Of a DNA stretch of 32,000 nucleotides, positions 7,857-16,357 are shown one piece after another. The notes beneath the pieces were generated by a model, which did not search any database, was not told the origin of the DNA, and saw only the letters and a list, made by a program, of their open reading frames with translations. Made by a program: the position numbers and the translations under genes. Origin of the DNA: Candidatus Arthromitus sp. SFB-rat-Yit (GTDB taxonomy: Bacteria > Bacillota > Clostridia > Clostridiales > Clostridiaceae). The stretch is taken from the NCBI RefSeq assembly GCF_000283555.1, contig NC_016012.1, forward strand, positions 840,001 through 872,000, given 5' to 3'. Every line of letters starts with the position of its first letter. Position 1 is the first letter of the stretch.

Positions 7857-8822
7857 TTAAATAAATATAAAATCCTCTAACTCTTTCTTTCCTTGTATGA
7901 TCAAGCTATCTATAATATTTTCATAATTGTATTTATCCAATATGAAGATATAATTTTTTGTTAAATCTGCAGACTTGTCGTTACTATATTCCTCAATACT
8001 CAAATCTCTTACTCTAATATCATTGTTTTTTAAAATTTTGTGTACAGCATTTGAATATTTACTTTTACCGATTATACAAACTTCTCTATTCCTTATATAA
8101 GATTGTAAAAATTTAACTTTAGATTTTATAATCTCCTCAGTGTATTTTTCATTTAAATGTTTTTGTTTATGAACAAATTCCGAATTAACCCTATTTAAAT
8201 AAAGTTTCTTATCTATGATTCCAACTTTAAAATTTTTATTAATCAAATTAAATATAAAATCTAAATCTTCTGAAGATCTAAGTCTAATATCATACTTGAT
8301 TTTATTAAAAATACTTGACCTACACATAAAAGTTCCATGACATATTTTGTGACCATTCAAAAATTTCACTGAAGGATTCTTATCATCAATTTTAAAATTA
8401 AATATTCTTTCACAAAATTTAATATCATCTCCATTTTGGTAATCTGTAAGTTCAATTTCAATAAAAGATCCAACTAATGCAACATCACCATTATCTTTCA
8501 AATATTTAAGTTGAACCTCAATACGTTCTTTAAATGAATGATCATCTCCATCCATTCTCGCTATGTAATCACCCTTTGCATATTCAAGCAACTCATCAAT
8601 TGAATTTGCAACCCCTTTATTATCTCTAGAAATTAATCTAATGTTCTTATTATCCATAGCATACTTTTCAATAATTGAAAGAGAAGCATCTGTAGATCCA
8701 TCATCTAAAATTAATAATTCAATATTTTTATAAGTTTGATTTAAAATACTCTCGATTGCATCAGCTAAATATTTTTCATTATTGTATACAGGCATTATTA
8801 TCGAAACCAAATTATTTTCCAA
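7857..8822 (-). CDS. Family 2 glycosyltransferase with ~80-aa C-terminal extension
   Basis: VSIIMPVYNNEKYLADAIESILNQTY..ELLILDDGSTD and the DxD-type ARMDGDD are typical of GT2 (GT-A fold). TTG start. The C-terminal REVCIIGKSKYSNAVHKILKNNDIRV... lies outside the usual GT2 core. Confidence 0.85.
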   Translation of the reverse strand: MENNLVSIIMPVYNNEKYLADAIESILNQTYKNIELLILDDGSTDASLSIIEKYAMDNKNIRLISRDNKGVANSIDELLEYAKGDYIARMDGDDHSFKERIEVQLKYLKDNGDVALVGSFIEIELTDYQNGDDIKFCERIFNFKIDDKNPSVKFLNGHKICHGTFMCRSSIFNKIKYDIRLRSSEDLDFIFNLINKNFKVGIIDKKLYLNRVNSEFVHKQKHLNEKYTEEIIKSKVKFLQSYIRNREVCIIGKSKYSNAVHKILKNNDIRVRDLSIEEYSNDKSADLTKNYIFILDKYNYENIIDSLIIQGKKELEDFIFI

Positions 8823-8849
8823 CTTTTATACCATCCTTTTCAACGAATT

Positions 8850-8877
8850 ATTATAGAACATTATTATTATTTATCAA
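8850..8877 (-). promoter_or_regulatory. Near-consensus sigma-A promoter for the GT2-folD transcription unit
   Basis: Minus strand reads TTGATA (8877-8872), 16-nt spacer, TATAAT (8855-8850), about 28 nt upstream of the GT2 start, in the divergent 101-bp gap. Confidence 0.5.
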
Positions 8878-8923
8878 TAAAATATTTATATACTAACTTT
8901 AAATATTAAAAAGGAGCAACTAA

Positions 8924-10057
8924 ATGAATTTTTCAATTGATATAAGGGGATCTCATTTATATCATGGCACTGGAATAGGAACCTATACGAAAAACCTAAT
9001 AACTCATTTACTTAAAATAGATAAAGATAATTTTTATAATCTGCTTTATTGTGGATATAATCCTACTCAATTTAAACAATCAAATTCCCAAATATATTTC
9101 ATTTCAAGAAAACACAGCTCATATTTTGAGCAAATTTATATACCAAATTTGTTACAAAAAAATAATTTATCCCTCTTTCACATGCCGCAAAATGGAATTG
9201 GATATAAAGAACTTATCTCTTCGAAGAAATTTAAATCCATAGTAACGATCCATGATTTAATTCCTTACATTCTTCCTCAAACAGTTGGTAAATCCTATTT
9301 AAAAAACTTTTTGAAACAAATGCCCTATATAGTTGAAAATTCATCTGCAATAATAACAGTTTCAGAATACTCAAAACAAGAAATCATGAAATTTTTCTCC
9401 GTTGATCCAAATAAAATTTTTGTTACCCCCCTTGCAACTAGTAAAAATTTTAAACCTTTGAACACTTCATACTGCAAAGATATTTTAAAAGAGAAATTTA
9501 ATATTGATTATGAATTCATTTTGTATATTGGTGGTTTCAGCAAAAGGAAAAATATATATAATTTGATCTCAGCTTTCAAAATGGCATACAAAAATTTTAA
9601 TAAACCTTTAAAGCTTGTACTACTTGGTCAAATACGGGAAGAATTTAGAAAACTATTGAAAATGATCAATGAGAATGGTCTTTCAGATTACATTGTATTC
9701 ACAGGGTTTGTTGAAGAAAAATATTTGCCAATATTCTACAATGCATCAGAATTTTTTGTATACATCTCCTTATATGAAGGATTTGGATTACCTCTTTTAG
9801 AAGCAATGAGCTGTAAAAAAGCAATAATCAGCTCTAATGTTAGTTCTATACCTGAAGTTGTTGACAGCACTTCTTATCAAGTTAACCCTTATGACATTTT
9901 GGAAATTTCAGAATCTTTATGTAAATTATCAAACGATAATAATTTGAAAAATAAATTATCTGAAAATGCGTACACACGTTCAAAGCTTTTTTCATGGGAA
10001 AAATGTACTTATTCAACCTTAGAGATTTATAAGAGTTTACACGAAAATATGAACTAG
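8924..10057 (+). CDS. Family 4 (GT-B, Glycos_transf_1 type) glycosyltransferase
   Basis: 377 aa. C-terminal half has the retaining GT-B signature FVYISLYEGFGLPLLEAMSCKKAIISSNVSSIPEVV. RBS AAAGGAG. Confidence 0.85.
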   Translation: MNFSIDIRGSHLYHGTGIGTYTKNLITHLLKIDKDNFYNLLYCGYNPTQFKQSNSQIYFISRKHSSYFEQIYIPNLLQKNNLSLFHMPQNGIGYKELISSKKFKSIVTIHDLIPYILPQTVGKSYLKNFLKQMPYIVENSSAIITVSEYSKQEIMKFFSVDPNKIFVTPLATSKNFKPLNTSYCKDILKEKFNIDYEFILYIGGFSKRKNIYNLISAFKMAYKNFNKPLKLVLLGQIREEFRKLLKMINENGLSDYIVFTGFVEEKYLPIFYNASEFFVYISLYEGFGLPLLEAMSCKKAIISSNVSSIPEVVDSTSYQVNPYDILEISESLCKLSNDNNLKNKLSENAYTRSKLFSWEKCTYSTLEIYKSLHENMN

Positions 10058-10066
10058 TTTATATAC

Positions 10067-10100
10067 AAAAAGTAAAATGATCTTAAACATTTTACTTTTT
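10067..10100 (+). terminator. Candidate rho-independent terminator after the GT4 gene
   Basis: AAAAAGTAAAATG (10067-10079) pairs with CATTTTACTTTTT (10088-10100) around an 8-nt loop. The T-run forms part of the 3' arm. Confidence 0.55.
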
Positions 10101-10168
10101 GGGTTTAAATATTTTTCATTTATCTTGGAAATAATATTTTTCAAACAAATTTAAAAGGAGCTTTTTAA

Positions 10169-10885
10169 ATGAAGTTGATAAATAAATTTTTTATACTATT
10201 TTCTATATTTGTTATACTAAGTTCAATTCCGACAAAAGCCATAGATGAAACTCAAAAAAAATATGTTTACTTAACCTTTGACGATGGACCAACAAAAGGA
10301 AATACTCCAAAATTACTAGATGAACTTGAACGCCTAAATCTTCCTGCTACATTTTTCGTAGTTGGAAATTTAGTTAAGGAAAACACGGAAGCGATGAAAA
10401 AGATAATTGATAAAAATCATTCAATAGGTCTTCATACGATATCTCATAATAAAAATAAGTGCTACGAATCTCATGAAAGTTTCATAAGAGAGAATTCAGA
10501 ATTAAGGAATTTACTTAAAGAAAAATACAACATTGAAAGTAATATTCTTAGATTTCCCTTTGGATCTCAAAATTCTTATTTAAAGATGGATAAGGTATTC
10601 CTAGATAAATTACATAACAATAATTTTAAAATATTCGATTGGCATATAGACACAACGGATGCTTTAAATCCTCATAAAACTCCTCAAGAACTCTTAAATA
10701 TATGTAAAAGACAATATGAAAAATTTTATAAAAATAATTCAAACATAATTATCTTAATGCACACAAATTCGAATAATAATAACACAATAAAAGCTCTTGA
10801 AGGAATTAAAAATTATTTTGTAGAGCTCGGATATGAATTTAAATCATTGGATGATAACTCAAAAGAATTATATAATGTAAAATAA
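10169..10885 (+). CDS. Secreted/membrane-anchored polysaccharide deacetylase (NodB homology domain, CE4)
   Basis: N-terminal hydrophobic signal/anchor. All five NodB motifs are readable: TFDDGP, HTISH, RFPFG, DWHIDTTD, IILMH. RBS AAAGGAG. Confidence 0.88.
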   Translation: MKLINKFFILFSIFVILSSIPTKAIDETQKKYVYLTFDDGPTKGNTPKLLDELERLNLPATFFVVGNLVKENTEAMKKIIDKNHSIGLHTISHNKNKCYESHESFIRENSELRNLLKEKYNIESNILRFPFGSQNSYLKMDKVFLDKLHNNNFKIFDWHIDTTDALNPHKTPQELLNICKRQYEKFYKNNSNIIILMHTNSNNNNTIKALEGIKNYFVELGYEFKSLDDNSKELYNVK

Positions 10886-10888
10886 ATC

Positions 10889-10923
10889 AAAAAATAGCAT
10901 AGCTAATTAGCTATGCTATTTTT
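10889..10923. terminator. Bidirectional terminator between convergent deacetylase and permease genes
   Basis: Perfect palindrome ATAGCATAGCT-AATT-AGCTATGCTAT (10894-10919), flanked by an A-run and a T-run. Confidence 0.8.
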
Positions 10924-11932
10924 ATATCATTAAATATTGAAACATATTAAACAAATAACCAACGATTATAATTCCAATAATACAAATTGTAACGAATATT
11001 CCTAATAATTTTGGTTTTATAACTTTTTTCAGCATTATAAGAGAAGGTAAACTTAAAGTAGTTACTGCCATCATAAAACTTATAACTGTCCCAAGCTGTG
11101 CTCCTTTTGCAAGCAAAGCTTCTGCAAGAGGTATCATTCCAAAAATATCTGCGTACATCGGAACACCTATTAAAGTTGCAAGAACTACGCCAAAAGGATT
11201 ATTATTTCCAAGAATAGTCTGAACCCAAGTTTCAGGAACCCAATTGTGTATAATTGCACCAATAACAACACCAATTAAAATATATATAAAAACTTTTCTA
11301 AAGGTTTCAATCACTTGATTCTTAGCGAACACCAATCTATTTCTCACTGTAAGAGTGTAAGATTCAATAGATACTCTCTTTTTATTATCTATAAATTTTT
11401 CTACATATTTTTCCATGTTCATTTTATCAATAATACTACCTCCAACTACAGCTATAACAAGTCCGATAAACACATATAAAACAGCAATTTTAGTTCCAAA
11501 AACACTTATTAATAAAACCAAACTTGCCAAATCAACCATTGGCGATGAAATAAGAAATGAAAAAGTTACTCCTAATGGTAGTCCAGAACTAGTAAACCCA
11601 ATGAACAATGGAATAGATGAGCATGAGCAAAATGGTGTCACAGTTCCTAAAAGTGCTGAAACAATATTAGCTCCAATGCCACGAAAACGTCCAAGAATTT
11701 TTTTACTCCGCTCTTGTGGAAAATAACTTTGAATATATGAAATTATAAAGACCAGAAAACATAGTAAAATAGAGATCTTAAACATATCATAAATAAAAAA
11801 CTGAATACTACCTCCAATTGCTGAATGAATATTTATTCCTAAAAAAGATATAGCATTTCCTATAAAATCATTTAACCATCTCATCCCAAGTAACTGATCT
11901 TGAATAAATCCCCAAATAGAATTTAAATTCAT
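10922..11932 (-). CDS. ArsP_1/DUF318-family (COG0701) permease with CSC motif
   Basis: 336 aa, polytopic membrane protein. TPFCSCSSIPLF is the hallmark motif of this permease family. RBS GGAGGA. It lies 80 nt downstream of an ArsR-family gene on the same strand. Confidence 0.8.
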   Translation of the reverse strand: MNLNSIWGFIQDQLLGMRWLNDFIGNAISFLGINIHSAIGGSIQFFIYDMFKISILLCFLVFIISYIQSYFPQERSKKILGRFRGIGANIVSALLGTVTPFCSCSSIPLFIGFTSSGLPLGVTFSFLISSPMVDLASLVLLISVFGTKIAVLYVFIGLVIAVVGGSIIDKMNMEKYVEKFIDNKKRVSIESYTLTVRNRLVFAKNQVIETFRKVFIYILIGVVIGAIIHNWVPETWVQTILGNNNPFGVVLATLIGVPMYADIFGMIPLAEALLAKGAQLGTVISFMMAVTTLSLPSLIMLKKVIKPKLLGIFVTICIIGIIIVGYLFNMFQYLMI

Positions 11933-12012
11933 AAATTAAATCCTCCATTCAAATTGATACATTCAAAAGTATCGAAATATTATGCAAAATAAAAATCATC
12001 TTTTCAGATGAA

Positions 12013-12333
12013 TTATTTATCATTAAAACAATTAATATTATCTTCATTAATTCTATTAATATTTAACTGCTGATCTAACAATTTCTTTGCACGCTCTACC
12101 CCATCAAGATTAATAGAATAATAAACCCACTTTCCATCTTTACGAGCTCTAACAATATCAGCATCACAAAGTAACTTCATATGATGTGAAAGAGTTGATT
12201 GAGTAACACATAAATAATCTAATAAGTCACAAGCACATTTTTCCCCTACTCTAAGCTGTTCCAAAATTTTTAAACGATTTTCATCACAAAGAGCTTTAAA
12301 TACTTTAACAACATCACTATACAAGATTTCCAT
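12013..12333 (-). CDS. ArsR/SmtB-family metal(loid)-responsive transcriptional repressor
   Basis: 106 aa. ALCDENRLKILEQL..EKCACDLLDYLCVTQSTLSHHMKLLCDADIV..RKDGKWVYYSIN is the winged-HTH ArsR fold, with a CxC pair in the alpha-3 position. Confidence 0.88.
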   Translation of the reverse strand: MEILYSDVVKVFKALCDENRLKILEQLRVGEKCACDLLDYLCVTQSTLSHHMKLLCDADIVRARKDGKWVYYSINLDGVERAKKLLDQQLNINRINEDNINCFNDK

Positions 12334-12373
12334 ATAACATCATCTCACATTCATTCCTTTAGACTACCATTTT

Positions 12374-12401
12374 ATTATATCCATATATTTAAATTTGTCA
12401 A
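12374..12401 (-). promoter_or_regulatory. Near-consensus sigma-A promoter, probably with the operator, for the ArsR-permease operon
   Basis: Minus strand reads TTGACA (12401-12396), 16-nt spacer, TATAAT (12379-12374). The spacer contains the palindrome ATTTAAAT and is flanked by repeated ATATATTT, a plausible ArsR operator. Confidence 0.5.
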
Positions 12402-12502
12402 TATATTTCGTGAAATCTCCAAAAATAAATAGGAGCACTTAGATAAAAATTAAAATATAATCGCTCCTATTTCTCAATATTTAAAATTAACATATCTTAA
12501 AA

Positions 12503-13399
12503 TTAAGCTTTAAACTTACTAACTAAATTTTTATATTCAATATCTGACTTCATTTTGTTGATTATTTCATTTATTGATTCTTCAGAACTTTTACCTTCCT
12601 TTTTTAATCCCTCAAATTCAGATTCCCAATATTTTTTACCGTCCTCATCTGCATCCCTTAAAAGAACCATCTTATAGATGTCAGATATAATTTCGTCATT
12701 TGATCCTCTAAGGGTCAAAAATTTAATGTCTTGAAAAGAATCTAAATTAAGAGAAATTGCATTTAACACATTAATTTTATCTTCTAAACTACAATTTGAA
12801 AGATCTATTTGATTTATTGCCCAAATTAAATTTACAGCTTCTCTAATTTTATCTTCAGTAAGATCTTTAAATTTATTTCTTATATATCTATCGATCTTAT
12901 CATAAATTATCTTTTCTTCAGCATTTAATCTTGACTGATCAGTTATTAATACACTTAAAGATAATTTAAATAATTCTGCATCCGCACCAATCAATTTAGG
13001 ATTTGCAGTTGTCAAAACGTTCGTAATTTCAATTGGTGTTAATTCTAAATATTTTAATCCCTCTATCATATTCTTATCGCCATAATACATTCCCTTAATA
13101 AATGCCCAGTATATTTTTGTCCTAATATGCAACTCCTTTTCTGAATAAAACTTATTCTTTTGCTTATAAATCTCAGATATTTTTTTAAAACTTTCATTAT
13201 AACTATTTTTAGATTCTTCGTCTAAATAATTTATATCTATCTTCTCTACTTTGGCTAAAAAATCATCAAAACTTGTAGATTCCTGATTACTTTCTGATAC
13301 CATCATTTCATTTGCATTCACATTAATAAAATTAAAACTAAAAAATGATGATAAACATAGTGAAACACTCACAATAATATTCGAAACTTTTTTTCTCAT
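12503..13399 (-). CDS. Secreted hypothetical protein, C-terminal DUF4214-like domain (paralog B)
   Basis: 298 aa. Signal peptide MRKKVSNIIVSVSLCLSSFFSFNFINVNA. C-terminus IYKMVLLRDADEDGKKYWESEF...SDIEYKNL fits the DUF4214 pattern (LxR.xDxxGxxYW....S.E). Collinear with the upstream gene product. RBS GGGGTGA. Confidence 0.7.
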   Translation of the reverse strand: MRKKVSNIIVSVSLCLSSFFSFNFINVNANEMMVSESNQESTSFDDFLAKVEKIDINYLDEESKNSYNESFKKISEIYKQKNKFYSEKELHIRTKIYWAFIKGMYYGDKNMIEGLKYLELTPIEITNVLTTANPKLIGADAELFKLSLSVLITDQSRLNAEEKIIYDKIDRYIRNKFKDLTEDKIREAVNLIWAINQIDLSNCSLEDKINVLNAISLNLDSFQDIKFLTLRGSNDEIISDIYKMVLLRDADEDGKKYWESEFEGLKKEGKSSEESINEIINKMKSDIEYKNLVSKFKA

Positions 13400-13423
13400 A
13401 TTTTCACCCCAAATTTAATCACA

Positions 13424-13459
13424 TAAAATAAGAAAGGACTACAAAATGCAGTCCCTTCT
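13424..13459 (-). terminator. Candidate terminator between the two DUF4214 paralogs
   Basis: AGAAAGGACT (13431-13440) pairs with AGTCCCTTCT (13450-13459) at 9/10 bp. The minus strand then reads TTATTTT. It lies immediately after stop 13461. Confidence 0.5.
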
Positions 13460-13460
13460 G

Positions 13461-14378
13461 TTAGTTAAACAAATTTTTACCCATTAAAGTCTTATACTCT
13501 TCTGACTCTCTTAATCTATTAACTATATCATTAATGGAATCTTTAAAACTTTTACCTTGATTTATAAATTTTTGCAATAAATCAACCCAAAACTTCTTCC
13601 CATCTTCATCTGCATTTCTTAGGAGTACAACATCATAAAGCTCATTTATGATTTCATCACTTATTCCAGAAATTGTTAAAGCCTTAAGATCTTGAAAAGA
13701 TTCAAAATCTATAGGGATATTTTTCAACATCTTAACCCTATCTTCTAACACAAACTTAGATAAATTTATTCTGCTCATTGCCCAAAATAAATTTATACTA
13801 CCTCTCATATCATCTGGTTTAAAATCTTTGAATTCATTTACAAACTCTTGCTCAATCAAAGAATAAATTTCACTATCTTCTCCAGATAATTTTGTTGGAT
13901 CAGTTAACAATGAAGTAAATTTAAATTTAAATAATTCTAAATCAAATGGAGATAAATTCAACTCTAAGCTTGTCAATATTTCCATCATATCATTAATTGA
14001 TAATCCTAAATATTTTACAGCCTCATCTATATTGCTTTCATCATTATATAAATCAAATATGTACGAAGCATATATATTAGATCTTAATTTCAATTCATCT
14101 TCTGAGTAAGACTTATTTTGTGATTTATATTTATCAGAAATTTTTTGATAAATTTTATCATAAGTTTCCTTACTAAATTTATCTTTTAATAAATCAATAT
14201 TTAAATTCCCCACCTTCTCTAGAAAAGCTTCAAAAGTTTCATCAGATGATGAAGTTGATAATTCTGGTATATTAATTTGCGTTAATGAAATTGCCTGAGT
14301 TTTAATAGGTGATATATAACTCAAACACGCCAATGATAATGAACCCGCAATAACAAAACTTAAAAATTTACTTTTCAT
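13461..14378 (-). CDS. Secreted hypothetical protein, C-terminal DUF4214-like domain (paralog A)
   Basis: 305 aa. Signal peptide MKSKFLSFVIAGSLSLACLSYISPIKTQA. C-terminus LYDVVLLRNADEDGKKFWVDLL...SEEYKTL. RBS GGAGGT. Confidence 0.7.
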   Translation of the reverse strand: MKSKFLSFVIAGSLSLACLSYISPIKTQAISLTQINIPELSTSSSDETFEAFLEKVGNLNIDLLKDKFSKETYDKIYQKISDKYKSQNKSYSEDELKLRSNIYASYIFDLYNDESNIDEAVKYLGLSINDMMEILTSLELNLSPFDLELFKFKFTSLLTDPTKLSGEDSEIYSLIEQEFVNEFKDFKPDDMRGSINLFWAMSRINLSKFVLEDRVKMLKNIPIDFESFQDLKALTISGISDEIINELYDVVLLRNADEDGKKFWVDLLQKFINQGKSFKDSINDIVNRLRESEEYKTLMGKNLFN

Positions 14379-14460
14379 AATACCTCCTAAATATTGTAAT
14401 GATTAAAATATAACACAATCAAATAATTATTTGAATAGAATTTCGAAATAAATTTATTTC

Positions 14461-14505
14461 TAAAACAAAAAGATACAGTAAGTAAAACACTTACTGTATC
14501 TTTTT
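14461..14505 (-). terminator. Rho-independent terminator closing the tRNA operon
   Basis: Perfect 13-bp stem AGATACAGTAAGT (14471-14483) / ACTTACTGTATCT (14489-14501) with a 5-nt loop. The minus strand continues TTTTGTTTTA. Confidence 0.85.
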
Positions 14506-14514
14506 AGCTAAATG

Positions 14515-14589
<75 letters not shown>

Positions 14590-14656
14590 GTATCTTAATT
14601 ATGTCGTGTCGTATCGTAAAATTTAGAAATTAATGTAAACACCATTTGAAAAGATA

Positions 14657-14732
<76 letters not shown>

Positions 14733-14752
14733 ACAATGATTTTTTAGTAATT

Positions 14753-14829
14753 TGGCGACCCAGAAGGGGCTCGAACCCTCGACCTCCGGCGTGACAGGCC
14801 GGCACTCTAACCAACTGAGCTACTGGGCC
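14753..14829 (-). tRNA. tRNA-Asp (anticodon GTC), CCA encoded
   Basis: Minus strand GGCCCAGTAGCTCAGTTGGTTAGAGTGCCGGCCTGTCACGCCGGAGGTCGAGGGTTCGAGCCCCTTCTGGGTCGCCA. Anticodon stem CCGGC/GCCGG, loop CTGTCAC. Clean cloverleaf. Confidence 0.93.
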
Positions 14830-14867
14830 AATTACTCGCAAACATTTATTTACTGTTTACTTTATTA

Positions 14868-14896
14868 ATTATATGCTCATTTTGTTTATTTGTCAA
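14868..14896 (-). promoter_or_regulatory. Perfect-consensus sigma-A promoter for the tRNA Asp-Phe-Cys operon
   Basis: Minus strand reads TTGACA (14896-14891), exactly 17 nt (aataaacaaaatgagca), TATAAT (14873-14868), about 39 nt upstream of tRNA-Asp and starting 5 nt after the hslO stop. Confidence 0.8.
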
Positions 14897-14900
14897 TTAT

Positions 14901-15764
14901 TTATTTCATTTTATTATATAAATTTTTCAAATTATTTTGATTAAACGTATATTTACTTTTGCAATAATCACAAATTATAGTTTCTTCCCTGCCTTCATCG
15001 ATTATATTTTTGAGTTCCACCTTACCCAAACTTATCAATGCCTTCTCAACTTTTTCAACGGAACAATCGCATTTATACTCAAATAAACTTTCGTCTAGAA
15101 TTTTAAGTCCCATATCATCAAACATAAAATTTAAAATATCGTAAATTGTCTTTCCATTCTGAAGATGTTCCAACATTTTTCCCATATCTTGAAACCTATA
15201 TGATATTATATCTGCGAGCATCTCATCAGCTCCAGGCAACATTTGAACCATTAATCCTATTGAATTTTTAACACATCCTCCATTGTCAAAATCTATTTCA
15301 ACAGAAATTGCCGTGGGTGTCTGCTCAGATAAAGTATAATAATACGCCAAATCATTGCAAATATCTGATTTGTACAATGGTACCTTGCTTGTATATGGAT
15401 TTTTAAGTCCAAAATCTTTTGTTACAACCAAAAATCCATTTCCAATCAAATCGCTCACTTTTAAACTTTCACAAAATGCATCTGGATCTGAAATATATCC
15501 CTTTAAGGTTCCATCTCCTCGTGTAATTGTTGTCATATTCTTCAAAAATCCATCTCCATCAAATCTTATCATAATACTATCTGACTCCGTTTTATTTGTT
15601 GATGAAATCATAGCAGATGCGGTCATCAATTTTCCGAACGCTATCATTGTAAGCTCATTTAATTTATGTAATTTTCGGATTTTATTTAATAAATTTGTAG
15701 ACGTAGTTGCAATTATTCTCACAGTATCATTTTTAGCAACAGCTTTAATAATTTTATCCTTCAT
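14901..15764 (-). CDS. hslO: Hsp33 redox-regulated chaperone
   Basis: 287 aa, collinear with Hsp33. The C-terminal zinc/redox switch is CDCSVEKV....CDYCKSKY (CxC...CxxC). RBS GAGG. Confidence 0.92.
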   Translation of the reverse strand: MKDKIIKAVAKNDTVRIIATTSTNLLNKIRKLHKLNELTMIAFGKLMTASAMISSTNKTESDSIMIRFDGDGFLKNMTTITRGDGTLKGYISDPDAFCESLKVSDLIGNGFLVVTKDFGLKNPYTSKVPLYKSDICNDLAYYYTLSEQTPTAISVEIDFDNGGCVKNSIGLMVQMLPGADEMLADIISYRFQDMGKMLEHLQNGKTIYDILNFMFDDMGLKILDESLFEYKCDCSVEKVEKALISLGKVELKNIIDEGREETIICDYCKSKYTFNQNNLKNLYNKMK

Positions 15765-15797
15765 AAAAATACCTCATCTTAATATTAATCACCTTAT

Positions 15798-15825
15798 ATT
15801 CTACAAGCTGAAAAAATTTTTTCAA
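15798..15825 (-). promoter_or_regulatory. Candidate sigma-A promoter for hslO
   Basis: Minus strand reads TTGAAA (15825-15820), 16-nt spacer ending TG, TAGAAT (15803-15798), about 34 nt upstream of ATG 15764 and downstream of the lipoprotein-gene terminator. Confidence 0.4.
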
Positions 15826-15833
15826 TAACCGCA

Positions 15834-15865
15834 ACAAAAAAACATCTGCATATAAACAGATGTTT
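15834..15865 (-). terminator. Rho-independent terminator after the lipoprotein gene
   Basis: AAACATCTG (15840-15848) pairs with CAGATGTTT (15857-15865) around an 8-nt loop. The minus strand continues TTTTTTTG. It overlaps the stop codon. Confidence 0.7.
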
Positions 15866-16271
15866 AATAAATTAGTGCAAATCCATTTGGATCAGATGAC
15901 ATTTGTCTTTCAACCATGGCCTTTGCATTTGGATCTAACTTTTGAAGATCTTCTTGAGTAACTGTTTTAAATATAATTACAGTTCCTTCTCCCTTTTCCA
16001 ATATTTCATGATTACCATTTGCATTATATTTAAGTTTAGTTCCTTCTGCTAAAGTCACAATCTCACCATCTTTGTAAACACTCTCACTACTTTGATTTTC
16101 ATTTCCCATGTTAACTTGTGGCTTTCTATTACCTGTTTCTCTATCAGTTTTAGTTGTATTAGAATTTTGGGTAACATTATTTTGCTGATTACCTCCACAA
16201 GACATAAATGATGTTGTTAATCCTGCAAATAATGCTACCGATAATAAAATATTTTTAATTAACTTATTCAT
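15864..16271 (-). CDS. Small lipoprotein of unknown function
   Basis: I start it at ATG 16271 (GAGGAG 7 nt upstream) rather than ORF-track 16310. MNKLIKNILLSVALFAGLTTSFMSCGGNQQ has a lipobox (FMSC). The mature part has an Asn/Gln/Thr-rich linker, then a ~70-aa domain with no motif I recognise. Confidence 0.7.
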   Translation of the reverse strand: MNKLIKNILLSVALFAGLTTSFMSCGGNQQNNVTQNSNTTKTDRETGNRKPQVNMGNENQSSESVYKDGEIVTLAEGTKLKYNANGNHEILEKGEGTVIIFKTVTQEDLQKLDPNAKAMVERQMSSDPNGFALIY

Positions 16272-16357
16272 ATGTAATCTCCTCACATTTTTTGAAAAAA
16301 TAAGAACCATCCAAACTAAGAGTTAGATGATTCTATTTTTTGAGTTTTTATATGAAT

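Noticed and set aside
11415-11726. 103-aa plus-strand ORF inside the permease gene
   Set aside because: Antisense shadow ORF with no RBS or recognisable motifs. The opposite strand is a full-length conserved gene. The ORFs at 6482-6730, 6993-7244, 9051-9242 (same strand, inside the GT4 gene), 16340-16528, 16638-16958, 18355-18615, 20536-20823 and 21151-21414 are likewise embedded in well-supported genes.
12425-12475. AATAGGAGC...GCTCCTATT inverted repeat downstream of the DUF4214 paralog B stop as a terminator
   Set aside because: The 9-bp stem encloses a loop of about 27 nt, which is atypical for an intrinsic terminator. It may still contribute to termination, but I cannot support it from sequence alone.
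5760-14514. Possible genomic island inserted next to the tRNA-Cys 3' end, containing the accessory-looking genes (DUF4214 pair, ArsR/permease, glycosyltransferases)
   Set aside because: No integrase, recombinase or transposase is present. I could not see a direct repeat of the tRNA 3' end, and composition is uniformly AT-rich. folD and the phosphoesterase in the block are housekeeping-type genes.
15355-15828. 157-aa plus-strand ORF overlapping hslO
   Set aside because: Antisense to a complete Hsp33 gene with its CxC..CxxC switch. The translation is low-complexity with no start context.
16296-16345. Imperfect hairpin (GAACCATCCAAACT..AGTTAGATGATTC) after the htrA stop as a terminator
   Set aside because: Two mismatches plus a bulge, and the following U-run overlaps the lipoprotein RBS region. 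Too weak to report as a feature without folding energies.
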